A stretch of 64,000 nt of DNA from Epiperipatus broadwayi (lineage: Eukaryota > Animalia > Onychophora), in the NCBI GenBank assembly GCA_028023455.1, contig JAQFVV010000002.1:31062001-31126000 (forward strand), in the 5' to 3' direction. Position numbers and translations under genes: made by a program. Below the pieces are notes generated by a model. That model made no database searches. It saw only the letters and a program-made list of their open reading frames with translations, and was not told where the DNA came from. How positions within the stretch are numbered: the stretch's first letter is position 1; every line of letters starts with the position of its first letter. Positions 13,079-25,239 of this stretch are shown here, piece after piece.

Positions 13079-13651
13079 GCATAGTCAATTTGTTTCATCC
13101 TTCTATACTATAATTTTCTTTTATATTTTATTACTAATTATTGTTATTTTTAGATGGGCTCTGTATCCAATAATAAGTTAATGATAAATAGATGTTTAAC
13201 GGTTGATAGGGCTTATCATGTGCTGAAAAGAATTTAATGTATATTTATTAATATATATTTTTATAGTAGCTGTTATATATGATATTTTTATTATTTTTTA
13301 TAATTCATATGAATTGAAATTTCTTTATTTTCATTTTTGGTGATAGTGCAGATTGTGGTTTCAGCTTTTTAAGTCCTTCTTAATATTCACCAAAGGAGTA
13401 TGTTTCTAAAGCATTTTATTACTAATGTTTTTGAGTTTAAGAAGATGAGGGTTTTTTTTTGTTTGCTCCAGAAACAGTAGGTTTATGTTGCTATTTTAAT
13501 ATCCAATAAAACGTTCTTCTTTGGTTTGACTACTCTACAGAAACTTGAACTTCATTTAAAATATCAATGTATATAGAAAGTGACTAAATGTTCTATATAT
13601 TTATGGTATTTAATGTACTGTTCTCAACATTTAAAACAACTATAGATTATA

Positions 13652-14061
13652 GGCAAAATAAGAATCATAGATCACATGACTCTATTCTCTTAAGCTTGTA
13701 AGTTATAAACAATGAGGATTGCCAATTCCTCAACAACCTTTGTAATAAATGCTTAGCCAGTGAAAGCATTTAAAATATCTCTGTCAGGACCCCCCCCCCC
13801 AAACCCCATATAGCTATTTGAGTTGGATAGCTGGGTTTGAAGACATGTACTCAATAGATAACTTTTAGATAAATGCTGGCTTTGGGTTGGTATTTTTAGA
13901 TCTAGTCTCTGAACCTACCCTGGCACCTCTCTGAGGAGTGCCAAAGCACTAAACCATGGTCAGGGGTTTGGGGGGAGGGTTCCTGGCATATTTTAAATGC
14001 TTTCACTGGCTAAGTATTTCTTACAAAGCTTGTTGAGGAATTGGCAATCCTCATTGTTTAT
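13652..14061 (-). mobile_element. Family G (B-related) fold-back insertion
   Basis: Arms about 13703-13805 and 13966-14061, tail ATCACATGAC at 13671-13680, 14-bp TSD AACTATAGATTATA at 13638-13651 and 14062-14075. Confidence 0.85.
13926..13966 (+). ncRNA. Type I hammerhead motif with a G12U mutation
   Basis: CCUCU-CUGAGGA-GUGC(CAAA)GCAC-UAA-ACCAUGGU-C-AGGGG. Confidence 0.75.
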
Positions 14062-14488
14062 AACTATAGATTATAATTGCATGTATATTTCTGAGAATAT
14101 TAGCTCATCAAGTGAATAAAAATATGCAGTAAGTTAACATGTACTGTCTTTTTGGATTTACCAATAAAAGTTCTTTTGATCCTTGAATTTGCATTGTAGT
14201 ATTCATATGGATGTATTAAGAGACTACATGTAAAGCTACATTATCAGTCATTTCATTTTTAACTGAAATGTGATTGTACAGTCTAGTGATTGATGCTGCT
14301 TATCATAAGCAAGAAAATGACCATTGTTATTGATTACATTTTCTGATTAATATATCAAGATGATATAAAATTGCTTACTAATAATTCTGAGGATTTTGCA
14401 TAAATTATGAGGTTTTTATAAGGAACAGAGAATGATTTAATATCATAAATCTTCCTTTGCTTTTTTATGTCATAACAAATCTACTTCT

Positions 14489-14580
14489 TCCATGAGTCAT
14501 AGCATCGGCCGGGAAGCGAATCCGCTAATCCAGGACAACTGCTTGTAAGGCAGCTGTGCCGACCACTCAACCACCAACGC
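14489..14580 (-). mobile_element. tRNA-Gly-derived SINE (insertion subfamily)
   Basis: Gly-TCC-like body with an extra ggattagc segment before the B-box. Confidence 0.75.
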
Positions 14581-15226
14581 CATCTACTACTTATGACAAT
14601 TTATGTGTGTTTATGTTCTTATGAAAGGTTTCATTGTGAATTTTTTAGATCATTAGCATGTCATATCCATGTCTTGGGGATTAAAATCAAATTAGATCCA
14701 AACACTTTTCTTTTATCTCATATGGTTGAGAACTTTTTATTTTAGGGTGATTGGAACATAACTAGCTACTCATGCAATACTGATTGGCAAATAATATTAG
14801 AGAAACCTTGGGAGCATGGTGGTTAACATATTTGCATGTCATGTTCAGAGCTTGGGGTTTGAGTTTGATCTAGTTGAACTAATCCCCCCCCTCCCCAGTA
14901 GAATGTCTTTAGGTAATAAACTACATTTAATAATGGTCAGGAAATAAATATTTAGCAATTCTTAGCTAGAAATGAAAATTCTAGGTCAATCGGGATTGGT
15001 ATTATAATCATTGATATACAGACTATAAGAATAAAACAAAAATTGAATACACTGTGACCTTCACTATTAATAGAAGAGATATCATGTTCATGTATTGCTG
15101 AGTCTATAGTTGCATTTATCTAATGACTTTATCTAGATTTATTAAGAGCAAAGCTGCTATTCTATTGTATAATTCTTGAATGAAAAAATACTATTATAAA
15201 TAAAGAATAAAATAAATTACTGTGGA

Positions 15227-15333
15227 CTGAAAAAGCACTGGGCTGGACCAATTGCTAGAAGAGATGTTAATAGATTGATAGTTGAAGTCTTAAATTGGAC
15301 CCTAAGAGATTGTGAAAAGATCTGGCAAGAGAC
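15227..15333 (+). mobile_element. RTE 3' relic
   Basis: Translates LKKHWAGPIARRDVNRLIVEVLNWTLRDC, matching LKWSWAGHIARRDDNRWTIEILNWIPRDC in the 1071-2651 ORF. Confidence 0.75.
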
Positions 15334-15525
15334 CACATGCAAAACTCTCCATACAGTAAGTAGTGCCATCCAGTGCAAGCCAGAGTAATCAATAGATGCA
15401 AGAAGGTTTGTTTATAAAATCCCTATCTAGTGTCTGCACGAATAGCACTACTATATGGAGATTTTCCCCGTTTTAACAGCTTATGTAAGCATATGAACTG
15501 GTGATCAAGTGATTTTAGTGGTTTA
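15334..15525 (+). mobile_element. Family A truncated fold-back (A4), no HHR core
   Basis: Inverted arm about 15339-15434, sense arm about 15443-15524. Short flanking repeat AAGAGAC. Confidence 0.7.
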
Positions 15526-16465
15526 AAGAGACAATATGTGAATCAATGAATCAAATAAGGAAATTGTCGTTATGTTGTGGCGAGGAAAAGCTATGGATCG
15601 GGGGGGGGGGGTATGATTTCATCCTATTATGAATCGATGATGATTGATAATAATAATAATGATGGCATTGTTGTTTCTGACAGCAATATTCGATAATAAT
15701 TTGGGTACATAAATAATTATTAGAATTCAAAATCATGATTTTAATAATTAAAAATTAAAAGTCTCCGTTTTTTAATTCCTGTATCATAAATGATATTAAC
15801 TGAGCTATCTTTTCAGTACTTGAAATAAGCAATTTCTTTTTTTTAATGTGGATGGATAAAAATAGATTTTTTTTCTAAATCACAAACTTCTTGTGGGCAA
15901 ATCCAGAGAGAGAGCAAATCTAATAAATATAAAGATGGCATTTGTTTACCATGCTGTGGAGTTAATAGCGTCTACATCAAAGGATAAAAATGCTATTAGG
16001 TTTTACCAAGTTAATTTATCAATAGCAGTTAATGAAAGAACTGTTTTACTAATATATGGAGATTGAGAGAACATTAAACTGGTTTTTATTTATTTGATTC
16101 TCTTTCATTCTTTATTTTTGTTAACTACGCCATGATTTGAATTGGTTAACATTTTAAAAGTGTTTTACCGTAAAGACTTTTTTCTGTCAGATGCAGTCAA
16201 GAATTAAGGTGGGAAAAAAACAGAAACATAATTTAATCAAATCTTTTACTGTATTAAAATATGACATTAATAAAAGTGTGAAGTATATATCTGTATACAC
16301 TGACCTTTTAGAGCTACATGTTAGTACTTTCGCTTGCGATGCGAGCTAGGTGGAAATTGAAAAGTTTCTTCAACAGGCTTATATAGCTAATTATTAATCG
16401 ATATAATATTAAGCTATTCTTACCTAGAAAATAAAATCAAAGAAAAAAAACTTTCAAATAGTCAA

Positions 16466-16623
16466 TTACAAAGCTTCATAGTAATGCTTTATTTATTATT
16501 TGTCTTTAGAAGAATGTTGTAAAGGATTTTTCACTGTAATAGGTTACAAAGCTTCATAGTAATGCTTTATTTATTATTTGTCTTTAGAAGAATGTTGTAA
16601 AGGATTTTTCACTGTAATAGGTT
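16466..16623. repeat. Tandem duplication, 78-bp unit
   Basis: Two essentially identical adjacent copies. Confidence 0.9.
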
Positions 16624-16805
16624 ATTTACATTGTGTTTAAAGTTTGCATATGTCCTAATAATTTAAAGCAAAAAAAAAGTAGAAATTTTAATCTTTGATC
16701 TAGACTTTATTTATATGTATTGTTGAGCTTAAAATATAATTTAGCACAGTGGTAGAATGATAAATTTGGATCAAAGTTAAACTGTAATCGACAAAATAAT
16801 TTAAA

Positions 16806-16910
16806 GTCAAGCATTGATGGCCTAGTGGTTAGCATACCTGCCTTTCAAGCAACTGGCCCGGCTTCGCTTCCCGGTCAACGTATTTGACACATGAAAAAAC
16901 AAAACAAAAC
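16806..16910 (+). mobile_element. tRNA-Gly-derived SINE
   Basis: GTCAA leader, Gly-TCC-like body, TGACACATG followed by an A-rich tail. Confidence 0.8.
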
Positions 16911-19900
16911 ACTATACCGATGGTAGCTGGTGTTATCTGACTTCGTTTAGCGCTTGGTCGGGTCAGTTTTGGTTTTGGGCTTTCCTCAGAAACCAAAATG
17001 GTGGAATGGAGAGTGCATTCTAAATTAATACTCCTATTAGTTTGGTGTCTGTATGTCATATGACATCTGAAATAGTAATCATTCTATTATTATCTATCTA
17101 ATGCTGCATAAATATATATTGTATTCGTTTTAAATAAAAGGAAACAAATTCCTTATTAATTTTTAAAATAGTCTACCTACCTACATTTTAAAAGCAAAAA
17201 GGATATATAATATTTATCAATTGAACAAGATATTCATATACCTACAAAACTAATGAAGCTAAATTCTTTTTATCCTTAAAAATATAAGGTTGTTATAATG
17301 AATTTTGAACATAGTAATATTGTACTCTTCTCTATTAGGCATATTCAAAAGTTCAGGTTCTGATGATTATAAGAATGACCTTTCTTTAGTATATCATCAT
17401 CTAATTAGTCTTTTAGTCTCCTCAGTATATCATTTACCTCTGTGATAATGGAGGCTATTTACCTGTTTATTGGTCATCTTTTTTTTTTCATTTCCCAAGG
17501 TATTATATATTTTAAATGTCAAAGTAATGTATTCATTATATATTTTAAGTTAATAACAAAACACTTCTCCTATATTAAAAGATTAAACTATTTACTTGAT
17601 AATTCTTTTATATAATTAATATCTTTAGTATTTGAACCCTTACTTACCCTTAGTCTGGTTTCTGGCTTTTGACTTTATCAATGAAACCTGAGAATCTAGA
17701 TACAGAGGAAACACATATATACGTTCAGCAACCATTTTTAATTCCACTTTGTCTGTCTGGCTTCAAAATTCAAAACTTTTGGCTGATTTGAATTTCCAGT
17801 TTTAAACTTCAGAGGTAATGTGAAGTGAAAGTTGATTGCTGAACACAAAGAACTTTTCTTACTTTATTAAAAAGCACGGTAAGATATGGAACTTTTTTTT
17901 TTTTTTTAGGAAATATACATCACACTGAGAATATTCATCAATCTAAACATTTTGATTGATTATTTGGTCAATAAGTTCACTTCTTAGTTGGATAATTATG
18001 TTTGGTAAGATAATACTTTAATATCTTCTGCAGATCAGATATCAAAAAACGTAACTTTGAAAAGTCTATGATGTAGCAAAATCTGCAAGTATATCCCAAC
18101 AAAAGAAATACTAGATAGCATTACTAATAGAGCAAAAGCTTATATACAAGTTAGTTTTTACCACCAAAAAAAAAAACTTGTAAGACTTTGCTGTCAAATT
18201 CTCAGGATCAGTTTAAGTTAGTCTTAATTATTTTGTAGTAAATTATCCACTCTCTGAATATGTAAGACAGGCCAAGATGAGTATATTTACTCTACTACAA
18301 GAAGATTGATTTTATATGTTAGAAGATACTATTATCTATTACCTTAATTATTTTCTAGACAAATAATAAAATAATTAATTTAAAAATTAATATTTGGTCT
18401 GCTGTGTAACATTTTCAGATGGTAAATATCTTTCACTGTGAGTTATTAACACTTATAACTATATGGTCACCATTACATCATTTGATTGAAGAATATATGT
18501 AAAGACTTAACATTTTTGTCTGGTTTGTTTTTAAACAATGGCAAGTGTTCACTAATTATGATTAATTTTAGTTTTATTATGGGTATCACCATGTCCCTTT
18601 ATTGCTAGTTATCATCATTTTTTAGCAGCAAGTAGAAACAAATAATTATTGAATATAAATTCACTGTACTCATATTACTTTTTTCTAGGAAGATGATTTT
18701 ATATATTACATGTGCATACACAAATGTGGTTTAGCGCAGTAGTTAATTGTTTTTATATAATAATCTCTGAATTGACTTCAACCTATTATTTATGGTACTT
18801 AAATATCATATGATACTCCAGATAATTAACCACTTAATTTGGGAGATAGTGATAGGGTGGTAGTCTTTCTTGTCACATGCATCCATAATGGGAAACTATA
18901 GTTACTTTAAGGAAAGCAGTCTTCATCTTAATTAATTCTAAATTAAAGGTACCAGATTATAAAATCTTAAATCAATGTCCACTTTCTGATAGCTCCACCA
19001 AGAATCCCTTCAAACAGATGCATAAAAGTGATCTCATGAGGTTCCAAATAAAAATTTTTTTCAAATCAAAAACTAAAGCCAGAATGACTTTGATTCTCCT
19101 AGATGTTACTGGAATCTCATCATCAGTTCAGGATAATTCTTGGTCATTATACTTACCTGCTTCAGAAATAAAATATAACAATCCCTGATTCATAGAGTTG
19201 TGACTATAAACCACATAATGACTATCAAATCTATGACTATACTGATAGCATTGGAATATTTAATAAAGTTACTAGTGAATATATCTTGTGGATGGAATGT
19301 TTACAGATTTATTTATTTGTTAAAATAGTTAGGCAGTTTTAAGGAAAAGTCAATACACTACGTAAATTATTTATGAAATGAAATAATATCCAAAAGAAAC
19401 TTTCTCTATACAGTATTGCCACTTATGTTTATGTGACGTCATAGTGGTTTAAATGAAATAATGTTAGATTTTGTTTTTAAATTTAAAACAATATTTAAAT
19501 ATAAGAAAAATGTGAAATGGATTAAAGTTAGTATTGGACTGTTTCCATCATTTACAATTAATTGTTAAATGTCTTTAGAAAAATTTTAAATTTTCAAATA
19601 CCTTCAGTCATTTGTAACCGTTTGCACATTGATGGGTAACATTTTGGGAAGTGTTATTCTTCTTTCTTTTTTAGATGTTGTTGGTGTGACTAGTGATAGT
19701 ACTTATATGGGAATGTAATCTGGTATCTTTAGATTTAGGAAAACTGAATTTAAAGTAACACCCTGACCAGCTAGACTAATAATGTTACTGATGTTTGAAG
19801 AAGGGAGAATAATACTACTCAAAGCATTGTGTTCTACATTAATCTATATGCTATCAATAACTGAAGGTATTTCACAAGCTTAAATTAGGTTTGACTTTTT

Positions 19901-20094
19901 CTAAAAACAGATATTAATGCTAGATGGTGAAAATATCTGACATATAATTATAAATAAAATAAAGTGATCGCAATTTTTTTAGACAAGCAGTTTAATTAAA
20001 GTGATACAAAATGAACATATAGAAAATAAAGAATTTATTATATTGGGGATGAAGTAAAATTTAATTGAATTGCAATTTTTTTTTGTAATTTTTG

Positions 20095-20520
20095 TATTAT
20101 TATCTTCTTTTGCCCATCCCTTTATATGTATGTAAATGGACTATGTCCTGTACATGAGGGGTCAGAGTGGCTTGTGGTCAACACGGGTAGGCTGAGAAGG
20201 TTGGAACTAAGGTGGGCTTTGAGTGTTCCATCATCAGATTTTATATGAAATGAATGGCTGATGAGTTGTGGGGTGGAGTAGTTTGAAACCTGTCCATTAA
20301 AGTATGAAGATTGGCTATCTTAATATAAGCTGAACATTGATTGTATATATGTGTGGAGATGATAATCTGGACCAACTGATGATTGCTGGTTTAGCATGAA
20401 AATACATATATTGATTATTATTTATCTTTTTGACATGTGTGTGATCAAGTGTATCAGCAGCATGAGGTTGAGGCTCATGTGAATGTCTGAGTTCAAACCT
20501 TCTATATATTTATATGACAT
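20095..20520 (+). mobile_element. Family D HHR element, about one monomer (D1)
   Basis: Homologous to 27870-28262, 58402-59280 and 60697-61170. HHR at 20372-20413. Confidence 0.75.
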
Positions 20521-21137
20521 TGTAATATTAATATATTGCATAGAAATCACCATAATAATTAACACTAGGAAGATTAAAATAAAGTAGTTCTTATATATTT
20601 TTTAAAAGACTCAGTTTCATCTTGGGTTTAGTTTCAGCGGTGATGTAGCAGTGTGCATTAGAACCCAAGGGTGATTTCAGATAGCTTTGCTATTGACTGA
20701 ATTTCATACTACTTGGATTGTTATTCAATTGAATTGTATATAGACTCCTACTCTTCTATTTATCAGATTTATAATTTCAAACCTATTGGCAACTTTTAAT
20801 TTTAAACAATTCGTTTCAATTTAACTGTCATAAAACTTCCTTCTATTTTAATTTTCATGTATTTTTTGTTAGTATTCTTTTTTGAAATTGAGAATCAGAT
20901 TCTCAGACTTGGGTTTCTAAGAATGACATGTTCATCGTTGGAATTTTTTTATTTTCAACGTGATTAGACGTGCCTTTAGGATATTTAGTGTAAAAGGCCT
21001 GGATTAAATATTGTTATGGGTATTGTTCTACATGTCAAGTAAATCTCTAGCAAAATGCTTAACATTTTTTAGGAAGAATATGAAGGTGAAATTTTACTAA
21101 TTTTTGTATTAACATTTTTATTTTTTATTGTTAGTCA

Positions 21138-21219
21138 TACCTACCCGCCTACCTACCTACCTACCTACCTACCTATCTACCTACCTACCTACCTATCTCC
21201 CTCCCTTCCTACCTACCTA
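21138..21219. repeat. (CCTA)n microsatellite
   Basis: Direct reading. Confidence 0.95.
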
Positions 21220-21350
21220 ATGATTAAATAGTCATTTATAGATGACTTTGACAATAAATTGATTTAATTTATTTAAAAATCCATTTTAGTTTAACTTATC
21301 TATATATGAAAATAATTCCAATGCATGACGCTATACTGAAACAAATATCC

Positions 21351-21504
21351 AAATATCAAATCACCTCCAACGTTAAGAAATTCAGCTAATAAATATGAGT
21401 CCGTATTTCAAAACAGCCAGTCCCAAATTTTGAAATACAGATTCATATATTTATTCACAGAGGGAATAGCTGAATTTCTTAACATTGGAGGTGATTTGAT
21501 ATTT
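21351..21504. repeat. Fold-back inverted repeat (arms about 65 bp)
   Basis: aaatatcaaatcacctccaa.gttaagaaattcagcta versus tagctgaatttcttaac.ttggaggtgatttgatattt. Confidence 0.85.
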
Positions 21505-21640
21505 GCATGTATATAAATATATAGTTTATTAACTTCATTTGTGCCCTCTCTAGAAATTTTTAGAAACTTATGATCTTATATATAATAACGTTTGAGGAAA
21601 AATGAGTAACAGCAGATTACTAAAGTTTATATACATATAT

Positions 21641-22238
21641 TAGTAAAAATCAGTCATATATCACATGACCTATATAGCTTGTATTACCAATATGTAATAT
21701 ATAAAGAGCCTGCTACTAGCTCTAAACAAGCTTAATTTTTTTTTTTATGATAAATGCTACAAGAGAAAATACATGAAGCTTTTATCTATGATGGTCCCCA
21801 TTCCCAGACCGGTTTCGAGCTATGGCTCTCATCAGTGAGGAGCTAGGACATAAGATTCAAAATATTAACTCAAGCCAAGCATTTATCTAATTCTTAAATA
21901 TTAAGAAAAAGATCCAAATCTTCAGACACCTACATGTCTTCAAATTCAGCTCTTTAACCAAAGAAACTATATGAGCCTGAACTAAATTTAGAGTTCCCAT
22001 ATATTAGCAGGCTTAGCAATTTAATATAGCCAAAGCCCTAATAGCAAAATTATAATAGTAAAAATCAGTCATATATCACATGACCTATATAGCTTGTATT
22101 ACCAATATGTAATATATAAAGAGCCTGCTACTAGCTCTAAACAAGCTTAAATATTTTATTTTTTATGATAAATGCTACAAGAGAAAATACATGAAGCATT
22201 TATCTATGATGGTCACCATCCCCAGACCGGTTTCGAGC
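21641..22238 (-). mobile_element. Family C retrozyme-like tandem (1.4 units; monomer about 416 nt)
   Basis: 21641-21820 repeats at 22056-22238. HHR GUC sites at 21807-21809 and 22224-22226. Confidence 0.9.
21803..21840 (-). ncRNA. Type I hammerhead ribozyme with a canonical core
   Basis: CCUCA-CUGAUGA-GAGC(CAUA)GCUC-GAA-ACCGGU-C-UGGG. All core nucleotides are present; predicted cleavage after GUC. Confidence 0.9.
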
Positions 22239-22682
22239 TAATAAAAAACTTGTTGTTTCTATATAGAAGGATGGCCCAATTGTTTGGTCTGAATATTGTT
22301 TTAAATAATTAACAACTGTAGAATGGTAAAATGTTAAAATAAAGTAATTATTTATATAAATGAATGAGAATTTAATTGTTACATATACACATTTGTTTTT
22401 TTAAAGAATTGAATAATCACTCATACAGTTTGTTTCATAAAATTTTGACAGAATAGTATATTTGGTTAGAACATCACCTTCCTTAAATTCATTATTCTCA
22501 ATTACCAATTCATTTTCCATGCATTGGTTAGACAACAATACCTAAAGAAGGAACCAGAATAAAGCCATTCAAAATGTTGTGACTTGTAGTAATCTCCATG
22601 TTCTTATTCACAGATGAATATACTTGCGAAGATATAAATAAAATTTAAATTTTTCTAAAAACATTTATCAATTCAACTAAAT

Positions 22683-23119
22683 CAGCATTTCTCAAACTGT
22701 GAGGCACCATATATTGGCAGTGGGGGCATCAAATAAGTGAAAAAGACGACATCGATATATATATTTTATTAATTTAAAATATAATCAGAATGAAAGTATT
22801 AAAATAAAACAGATAATATATTGAGGTTTTTCTTCACCACTTATTTCAGTACTTACAAACCTGAAGTTTAAGTATGCTTGGTCAGATTTTCATGTTTTCG
22901 ATTTTATAGCAGGATTTGCACTGGTACTAGGCATTTTTGATGACGTAGAAGCTTTTTTATCTTCAAGCTTATGCCTCTGATTAAAATATGTCCATATTTA
23001 CAGGAATACATAAATATACAATTTTTTCTCAGTGTTTGAATGAACTCCAAATGACAAAGTCTCTTCTGTGTTACAATCACTAGTCACATATTTTCAATCT
23101 CGAAAGTTTGAGACTTATC
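22683..23119 (-). mobile_element. hAT (Buster/Charlie-like) relic
   Basis: TIR-like CAGCATTTCTCAAACT at 22683. The minus strand of 22795-22886 translates QAYLNFRFVSTEISGEEKPQYIICF, resembling the N-terminal BED region of Buster/Charlie transposases. Confidence 0.55.
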
Positions 23120-23828
23120 AGTCTCTGCCATGAACATTAAGGTAAAAGTTAAATCACATAATAATAAGGCACAACTGCACTATATTGGTAATGATCCTTA
23201 AGTTTTCCAAATCAAATTTAAATTCCCATAAATTGGATTATTCTTAGCTATCTTATCTCATATTATACAGGAAGCTCAGAATTATTCAGAATAAAAAGGG
23301 GGTATGAAATACGAAAGATTGAGACCGCTGAACTAAATGATGGGTCCAACATATAACTGTAAGTAAAATACTATCATCACAAACATTCATTTGGGTTTTG
23401 GAATACTAAGTTGAAATCTTGGCCTTCAGAATAAGAAAAGTCTAAAATATATGACAGATTAAAAAGAATATACCTGAAAAAATTAAATCGATGAATGAAA
23501 CTTCCATTCCACTTGTTTCATGTTGATTAATATTCTTATTATCACACACATTCTAATCAAAGGAATAGATATCTGAAAAGATAAATGACTCCTAAGATGC
23601 ATTCCCAGCATTTATCAGGGTCATTTGCCATTATCTATTTATAATTAATAATTTGTAAAGCGCATCCTCAAAATGCGACAGTAGGGACCTCTACAAATCT
23701 AAACACTAGATTACCGACTTTAAAAGTGTTGTATACTATACTTACTGTGTCATTTAATGTTTTCAATTCATTTTAGTTTTTTTTTTTAAAAGGATAAAAA
23801 CTTGGAGGCTACTATTCATATATATATA

Positions 23829-23932
23829 TTCATATGTCATAGCATCGGCCGGGATGCGAACCCACAACCGTCTGCAACCAATTACTTGCTTGCAAGGTGG
23901 CTGCGATGACCTTTCGGCTAAAAACGCTTGAC
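23829..23932 (-). mobile_element. tRNA-Gly-derived SINE (long-insertion subfamily)
   Basis: Insert ttggttgcagacggttgt before the B-box; flanking repeat ACTATTCATATAT. Confidence 0.8.
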
Positions 23933-24671
23933 TATTCATATATATTGTAATTTCAATTATTCATAGTTTGCAAATCACTTTTGCTATAAACATAAATAAG
24001 TATAAACAATATGCAGATGTGGAGGGAAGTACAAACATAGCTTAATTGTTTTATCACAAACAACATAATGAATTGTTTTCTTTAAATAATAAAATGGTTT
24101 ATTATTCAGAAGTTCTTAAGAATTTTAACACTGGAAGATATACACTTGGAGCCATGATTCGTGAACTTTTGAGCTTCAGAGTCTTTTTATCTATAGATCA
24201 TTAAAATTATAATTTTTTAATTATAGGGCTTAGTCATTTTCCAGGAACAACTTTCAATATTTAGTTATTATTGTTTATATTTGATTATAATTCCCACATG
24301 TATTCAATATTTTCTTCATTTATTTCAATATAGGTATATTAAAAATCCTTGAAATAAAAATTACTTGTCTGATTAAAATTATTTGGAATTTGAAAGTTGT
24401 GTATTTTTGAAAATATTATTTATTCTGTTTTGGTTGAAATTTAATTATATATTTCCAAGTAAATTTTCGATTTTTTTTTAAAAAAAAAAACTAGAATAAA
24501 ATATAAGAAAACTAATATGTGAAAAATGTAGCAGGAGGCTATATATACATATTGGATAAAGAAAAAAATATTGTTCCATTAAAACGTCTGAAAACATTAC
24601 AAGAAGAAAATTCACAATAAACTCTATAGAATAATAAATAAAATAATTGTATAAATAATTAATCAAATGGT

Positions 24672-24790
24672 TTTATTAATCAGGAATTCGTAAAAAGTTT
24701 GAGCTCTGTAAGGACTAGAGTTGGAATTGACTCAAGGACCTTAAAATTCAGAGCATCAATCGCTGACTTTTCACACTCCACAGATCACTA
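24672..24790 (-). mobile_element. Family F SINE copy (degenerate)
   Basis: Similar to the 8001-8520 unit. Confidence 0.55.
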
Positions 24791-25058
24791 AATTCATAAT
24801 TTTAAACCATGTGGACCACCAATATGATTTTTTTTAAAAAGATAGATATATTTGTATAATAATGATCAGAGGACTTCCAATTTATTGATATGAAATGCAC
24901 CTATTTAATACAGCAAAATTTTAAATGTTTATTTAATTACAAGATGCTCCCCCCCCCCCGTATTGTAAAAGCCCGATTTTTTTTAATCTGTTGCTTTAAC
25001 AGATTTTTTAAAAGATGTTATATAAATTAAACAAAACATTTTAATATTATATAAATAA

Positions 25059-25165
25059 TTTTTTTTTCTCATGTGTCATAGCATCAGCCGGGAAGCGAAC
25101 CTGCCAACCCAGGACAACTGCTTGTAAAGCAGCTGTCGCCGACCTCTCGACCATCAATGCTTGAC
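25059..25165 (-). mobile_element. tRNA-Gly-derived SINE
   Basis: Body plus poly-A; TSD TATTATATAAATAA. Confidence 0.8.
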
Positions 25166-25239
25166 TATTATATAAATAAATTTCCGAATGTTAATAAAGC
25201 TAAATTAAAATTGACATTTTTAAATATATCTGTTATATT

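Noticed and set aside
16998-17063. Short signal-peptide-like ORF (MVEWRVHSKLILLLVWCLYVI)
   Set aside because: Only 21 codons, with no splice donor continuing the frame and no other support.
17651-17683. Additional hammerhead relic
   Set aside because: GAAACCAGAC and a stem II-like segment are present, but the CUGANGA core and cleavage triplet are lost and flanks do not align; too decayed to call.
19152-19158. Minus-strand splice donor (GGTAAGT) marking a host exon
   Set aside because: No open, coding-like exon or matching acceptor was found; expected by chance.
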